This document shows, in pieces, positions 59,401 to 64,000 of a DNA stretch of 64,000 nt (position 1 is its first letter; each line of letters starts with the position of its first letter). The notes beneath the pieces were generated by a model, which saw only the letters and a program-made list of their open reading frames with translations, was not told the origin of the DNA and made no database searches. A program made the position numbers and the translations under genes. The DNA comes from Azolla caroliniana (lineage: Eukaryota > Plantae > Polypodiophyta). The stretch lies in the NCBI GenBank assembly GCA_043228905.1, contig JBHGNT010000022.1:2356001-2420000 (forward strand), in the 5' to 3' direction.

Positions 59401-62400
59401 GGTAAAAGCATCCCAACTCGAGGAGGTGGACCTCGGCACAGCAGACAAGCCCTGACCGGTAAATGTTGCAAAGGAATTACCGAAGGAAGAAAAGAAGGCA
59501 ATGGTAGCATTGTTAACAGACTTCAAGGATGTGTTCGCGTGGTCGTACGAAGACATGCGAGGGCTGGACCCCCAGCTCTATCAGCACCAAATTCACCTAA
59601 GTACGGACGCGAAACCGATTGCTCAACGCAGGTACCGGATGAATCTGAATTATGCGGCAAAGGTGAAGGAGGAAATTGATAAGCTCCTCCGGGTCGGATT
59701 TATCCGACCGGTCAAGCAGGCAACCTGGCTGAGTCCGATAGTGGTGGTCCCGAAAAAGAACGGAAAAATCCGGGTATGCGTGGACTACCGAAAACTAAAT
59801 GCCGCAACAGTGACCGATGCGTTTCCACTACCATTTACGGACGGGGTGTTAGATGCGGTAGCCGGGCACGAAGTTTACAGCTTCCTGGATGGATTTAGTG
59901 GCTACAACCAAATACGAATGAACCCGGCCGACCAAGAGAAGACAGCGTTCGTGACGGAATGGGGAGTGTTCGTCGCGGTCGTGATGATGTTCGGACTAAA
60001 GACGGCTCCAGCGACCTTTCAAAGGATAATAATGGAAATTTTCGGGGAATATATCCCCGGTTTTATGCAGGTCTTCCTTGACGATTTCGCGGTCTACAGC
60101 CGGCACGGAGAGTATCTCGATCACCTCCGGCTGTGCTTGGAGAAGTGCCGCGAGTACCGATTAAGCCTGAATCCGGCCAAATGCGTCTTTGGAGTGGCAA
60201 GCGGCAACTTGCTAGGGCATGTGGTGAGTAAGGAAGGAATCGCGGTAGATCCGGATAAAGTCAAGGCGATTCTCGATGCACCAGCACCAAGTAACGCAAA
60301 GGCTTTAAGCCGGTTCCTGGGCCAAATAAGGTGGCATAGCCGGATGATACGGCACCTCGCGGACTTCGCTACACTGTTACATACCGCCGTACATAGGGTA
60401 CCCTTCCTATGGGTAGAGACGGAGGAGGAATCCTACAAAGTGTTGAAGGTGATGCTGTCGCAAGCTCCGGTGGTGCAACCGCCGGATTGGAGTAAAAGCT
60501 TTCACGTCTTCGTCGACGCGTCGGACGTAGCAATCGGCAGCGTTCTGATGCAACTCACAAAGCCGAAATGGTACCGACCGGTGTACTACGCAAGCCGGAA
60601 ACTCTCAAAAGCCGAACGGAATTACTCTACGACGGAACGCGAGGCATTGGGAATGGTGTATAGTGTCACAAAGTACAGGCACTATCTGCTCGGAAGGAAG
60701 TTTTCCTTCCATGTCGACCATTCGGCACTACTCTACCTAGTCTCGAAGGCATCCCTGACGGGAAAAATTGCACGGTGGACACTGCTACTACAGGAATTTG
60801 AATTCGACATTTTCCACCGACCCGGGGCGCAGCATGCGGTAGCGGACTATCTAAGCAGACTCGAATCCGGAGAAGCAGGGGACGGCGTCCAGGATGAGTT
60901 TCCCGACGCCGAGTTGTTCCGGATCACGACGAAACCGGCAACGGATACAACGGTAGCCCACGAAGACACATGGCTAACTGAGATGCACCAGTTCCTGAGC
61001 ACCGGAGTTCCCCCGGAGAACATGGACCGCGATGAAAGGAAAAGGGTAGCAGTAAGAAGTAGACATTTCTGCTTGGTTGGAGACACCCTCTATCACAAGG
61101 GGGCAGATGGCATCTGGAGATGAGCAGTGCGGAGCGATGAGAAGGATCTAATCCTCAGGGAAGCCCACTATGGAATTGTCGGCGGGCATTATGCCGGCGA
61201 CGCCACCGCTCGGAAAATATGGCAGAGCGGACTGTGGTGGCCGACCACCCTAAAAGATGCCGTGAAGTATAGCAGAGAATGCGATTTGTGTCAACGACTG
61301 GGCCAACCCACAGAGCAGGCCCGGATGCCACACCACCCGGTCTTGCCCTTAGAACCGTTTCAAAAGTGGGGGTTGGACTTTGCCGGTCCCTTCAAACCAC
61401 CGGCAATGCGAACCGGAAATCGGTATGTGATAGTGGCGACCGACTATTGCACCAAATGGGTAGAAGCAAAGGCCTTACGGGACAACACGGCCGCTTCCAC
61501 GGCAAAGTTTCTGTACGAATGCATATGGTGCCAGTATGGATGCCCGATCGAGCTTATAAGTGACCAAGGAGGACATTTTCTCGGGTAGGTAGTAGAAAGC
61601 CTGACGTCATTTTACGCGGTGGTACATAAAAAGAGTACACCCTACTACCCTCAAGCCAATGGACTAGCGGAATCAACGAACAAAACTCTGCAGAACATCC
61701 TACGAAAAATCGTCAACGAGAACCGGACCGACTGGGATACGAAATTGCAAAGCGCGCTATGGGCGTACCGAACAACGTACAAAACCAGCATCCGGACAAC
61801 CCCGTTCTGACTAGCATTCGGGTTAGAAGCGGTCATGCCGGTAGAGTTCCAGATCCCCAGCTTACGGATTCAGGTGAAGGAGCGCTTAAGTGAGAACGAG
61901 TCCGAACGAATCCGGCTGGCAACGTTGTTGGAATTAGAGGAAAACCGAATAGCCAGCTTACTACAACTCGAACTAGAGCAAAGGAGGAGAAAAGCCTTCG
62001 TGGACCGACACCGGCGTGGCAATGAAAAGGAGTTCGAAGTCGGGAAACCAGTGCTACTATTCTAGACAAGGATGGGGAACATGCCGGGAAAGTTGCGGTT
62101 TCGATGGACCGGACCGTTCTGGATCACCAAGGAGTACAATGGGTCGTATCAGCTCGGCACGTTGTCTGGAGATGTCATCGGCAAGTGGGCAAATGGATTT
62201 CGGCTAAAGCCGTATAAAGGAAATATGCCAGCCAACCCGTTCAAGCGGAACCCGGAAATCCGGCAAAATGAGGAACCGACACCGACAGACGCTGCTGAAG
62301 ATATTCGGACCGAGGAAGAACCGACACCGATACTGACGAAGACTATCCCGGAAAACCGACAGAAGGATCCGGTATCCACACGAACCGACCCGAACAAATC

Positions 62401-62419
62401 GGGGGGGACCAGCAAATGA
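56494..62419 (+). pseudogene. A3 gag-pol, disrupted
   Basis: Collinear with A2; several stops, tandem duplication at ~57900-58150, deletion near 58273. Confidence 0.93.
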
Positions 62420-62858
62420 CGTGGTCCAAGCAAAAGGAAAAAAAAAATAATAATAATAATAATAATAAAATAAAATAAAAAATGACGTGGGCAAAATCGA
62501 CGCGAATCATCGTAATGATGGGGAGATCACAAGAGGAGGGAGCGCCACCATGCAACGAAGAGGCGCCATGCATTAAAGAAGGACGTGCGCGGACTTGCTA
62601 TTTAAAGCATGGAACGTGGGCACTCACACGCGGCAAACATGAAAGGACATAGTAATTATGGCGGGAGAGGAACATGCGCGGGAAACGAAAAAGGGCGGCT
62701 CGAGGCATAACCCACTATATAAGACACAGGCCTACGAAGGGCTCACTTTTTACGAATTTTCCTACATACAGGCGCAGAAGCACATAAGAGCGACCCGACG
62801 CACAGAGCACACACAGCGCGATCCCGAACTACAGGCAGCAGACGAAGAATTCGGAACA

Positions 62859-64000
62859 ATGGTACTGTCGGAAGAGGCACGCCAATGGATGAGGGAGAAC
62901 GGGTTAAAAGGATTGCTGCGGATCGCCGACGCTCCACCACACGCAGAACCAGAGCAGGCGGCAGCATCGATCGATATATCAGAAGTCATAGAAGGAGCAG
63001 TGCAGGCGCTCACGGGGATCAAAGCAGGAGGACTTCAAACAATCGAAAACCCTTCCAATGAAATCCTGTTCGAATATTTCGGGGAATACTCTATCAACAG
63101 CAAGGCGTACCGAACGCAGGGCGGAGAGAACCTGCTGTTTGAAGAAGTGGCCCGCGCTATGATGGAATACGGATTCGTGAATCCCCGTCCCCCAGCCATA
63201 GCCAAGTACCGGGCAGCGTTCTTAATAGCAGCGTACGAGGGCTTACAAATAGACTGGCTCCATTTCATAACCGAAGGATTGAAGGAGGCCATCAGAAATC
63301 TTGTGGAAGGAAACATGGGCCGGGATAGCACAATGGCTAACGGTGTTAGTCCCACCGGTGCTCCCCATCACACAAAAGAAAAGAGGTCGGCAGGAGACGA
63401 CGCCGAAAAAGGTCACAAAGCGCCGACAGATCTTGGAGAAACACACCCCCGGATGGACCCAGCAAGAAGCAGAACAGCAGGGGGAAGGACCATCCCGACA
63501 GCAACAGGAACCGGCAACAAAGGCAAAACCGGCAGGTAAAGGCAAAGGGAAAGCGGCCGAGGAGGAACCGGTAGCGCGCAAACTAATCCATATAACGCTG
63601 CGACGGCCGGAACCGGAACCAGAGGTCTCTAGACAAAAGGTCCGCCTGGTAACCGCACCGGAGGAGGAAACTGAAACAAAGGACTCATCTGAACCACTGG
63701 TAAGACTCCCAGCAAGACAAGGTCGGGAGAAACAGGCGAAAGGACCGGCTCCACCAGTGGACAGAACTCAGCAGAGGGCGCAAGGACCATCTCCAGTAGC
63801 CGAGACGGAAACAGCACCGGAACCCGTACCCAGGGAAGCAGCACCGACACCGGTTGGGCCGGACTTCAGAAAACCGGTCATCCCAGAGAAGAAGAAGGAA
63901 CAAGCGCCGGAGCCGGAGCCAGAGAAGAGGCCGGAAAATCAGCCTGGCTTAAGTGAGCAAGGCCACCCCGACACCGGAAGAACAAAGCCACAATGGCTAA
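62859..64000 (+). pseudogene. A3 extra ORF3 N-part
   Basis: MVLSEEARQW...QIDWLHFITEGL; frameshift near 63314; the frame is also open upstream to the ATG at 62658. Confidence 0.85.

Larger units (their letters stand above)
56052..64000 (+). mobile_element. Family A copy A3 (3' end outside window)
   Basis: 5' LTR 56052-56441, PBS 56448-56457, gag-pol, start of ORF3. Confidence 0.95.

Noticed and set aside
1-64000. Host protein-coding gene or prokaryotic system
   Set aside because: Nearly all sequence is explained by LTR elements; the ~400 bp left unassigned shows no recognisable coding signal.

Overview
The whole 64 kb is a heterochromatin-like pile of nested, decayed LTR retrotransposons; I see no host gene. 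The lineage mix (a Tcn1/Tf1-type chromovirus, Athila-like non-chromoviruses, fungal-like gypsies, Tnt1-like copias) suggests a non-seed land plant (inference). Family labels are mine. A: gypsy, ~389-bp LTR, extra 3' ORF, 3 copies. E: A-related gypsy. B: Tnt1-like copia (1 full copy, 1 truncated copy, 1 solo LTR, 1 LTR fragment). H: copia fragment. D: self-priming chromovirus. C, F, G: three related fungal-like gypsies. Target-site duplications (TSDs) resolve a five-level nest (G LTR > C1 > E > D > A2) and a side branch (C1 3' LTR > B2 > D-derived insert). Best leads: (1) an antisense, tRNA-spaced Pol III A-box/B-box cassette near the U3 start of three unrelated LTRs (one copia, two gypsies); (2) a TSD-flanked insert that looks like a fossil self-priming reverse-transcription intermediate of D; (3) a ~970-aa non-Env coiled-coil accessory ORF conserved between A and E, with a conserved C-terminal motif; (4) two -1 frameshift signals, one placed after the protease; (5) conserved non-canonical plus-strand priming regions. 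Coordinates were read by eye and may be off by a few bases.
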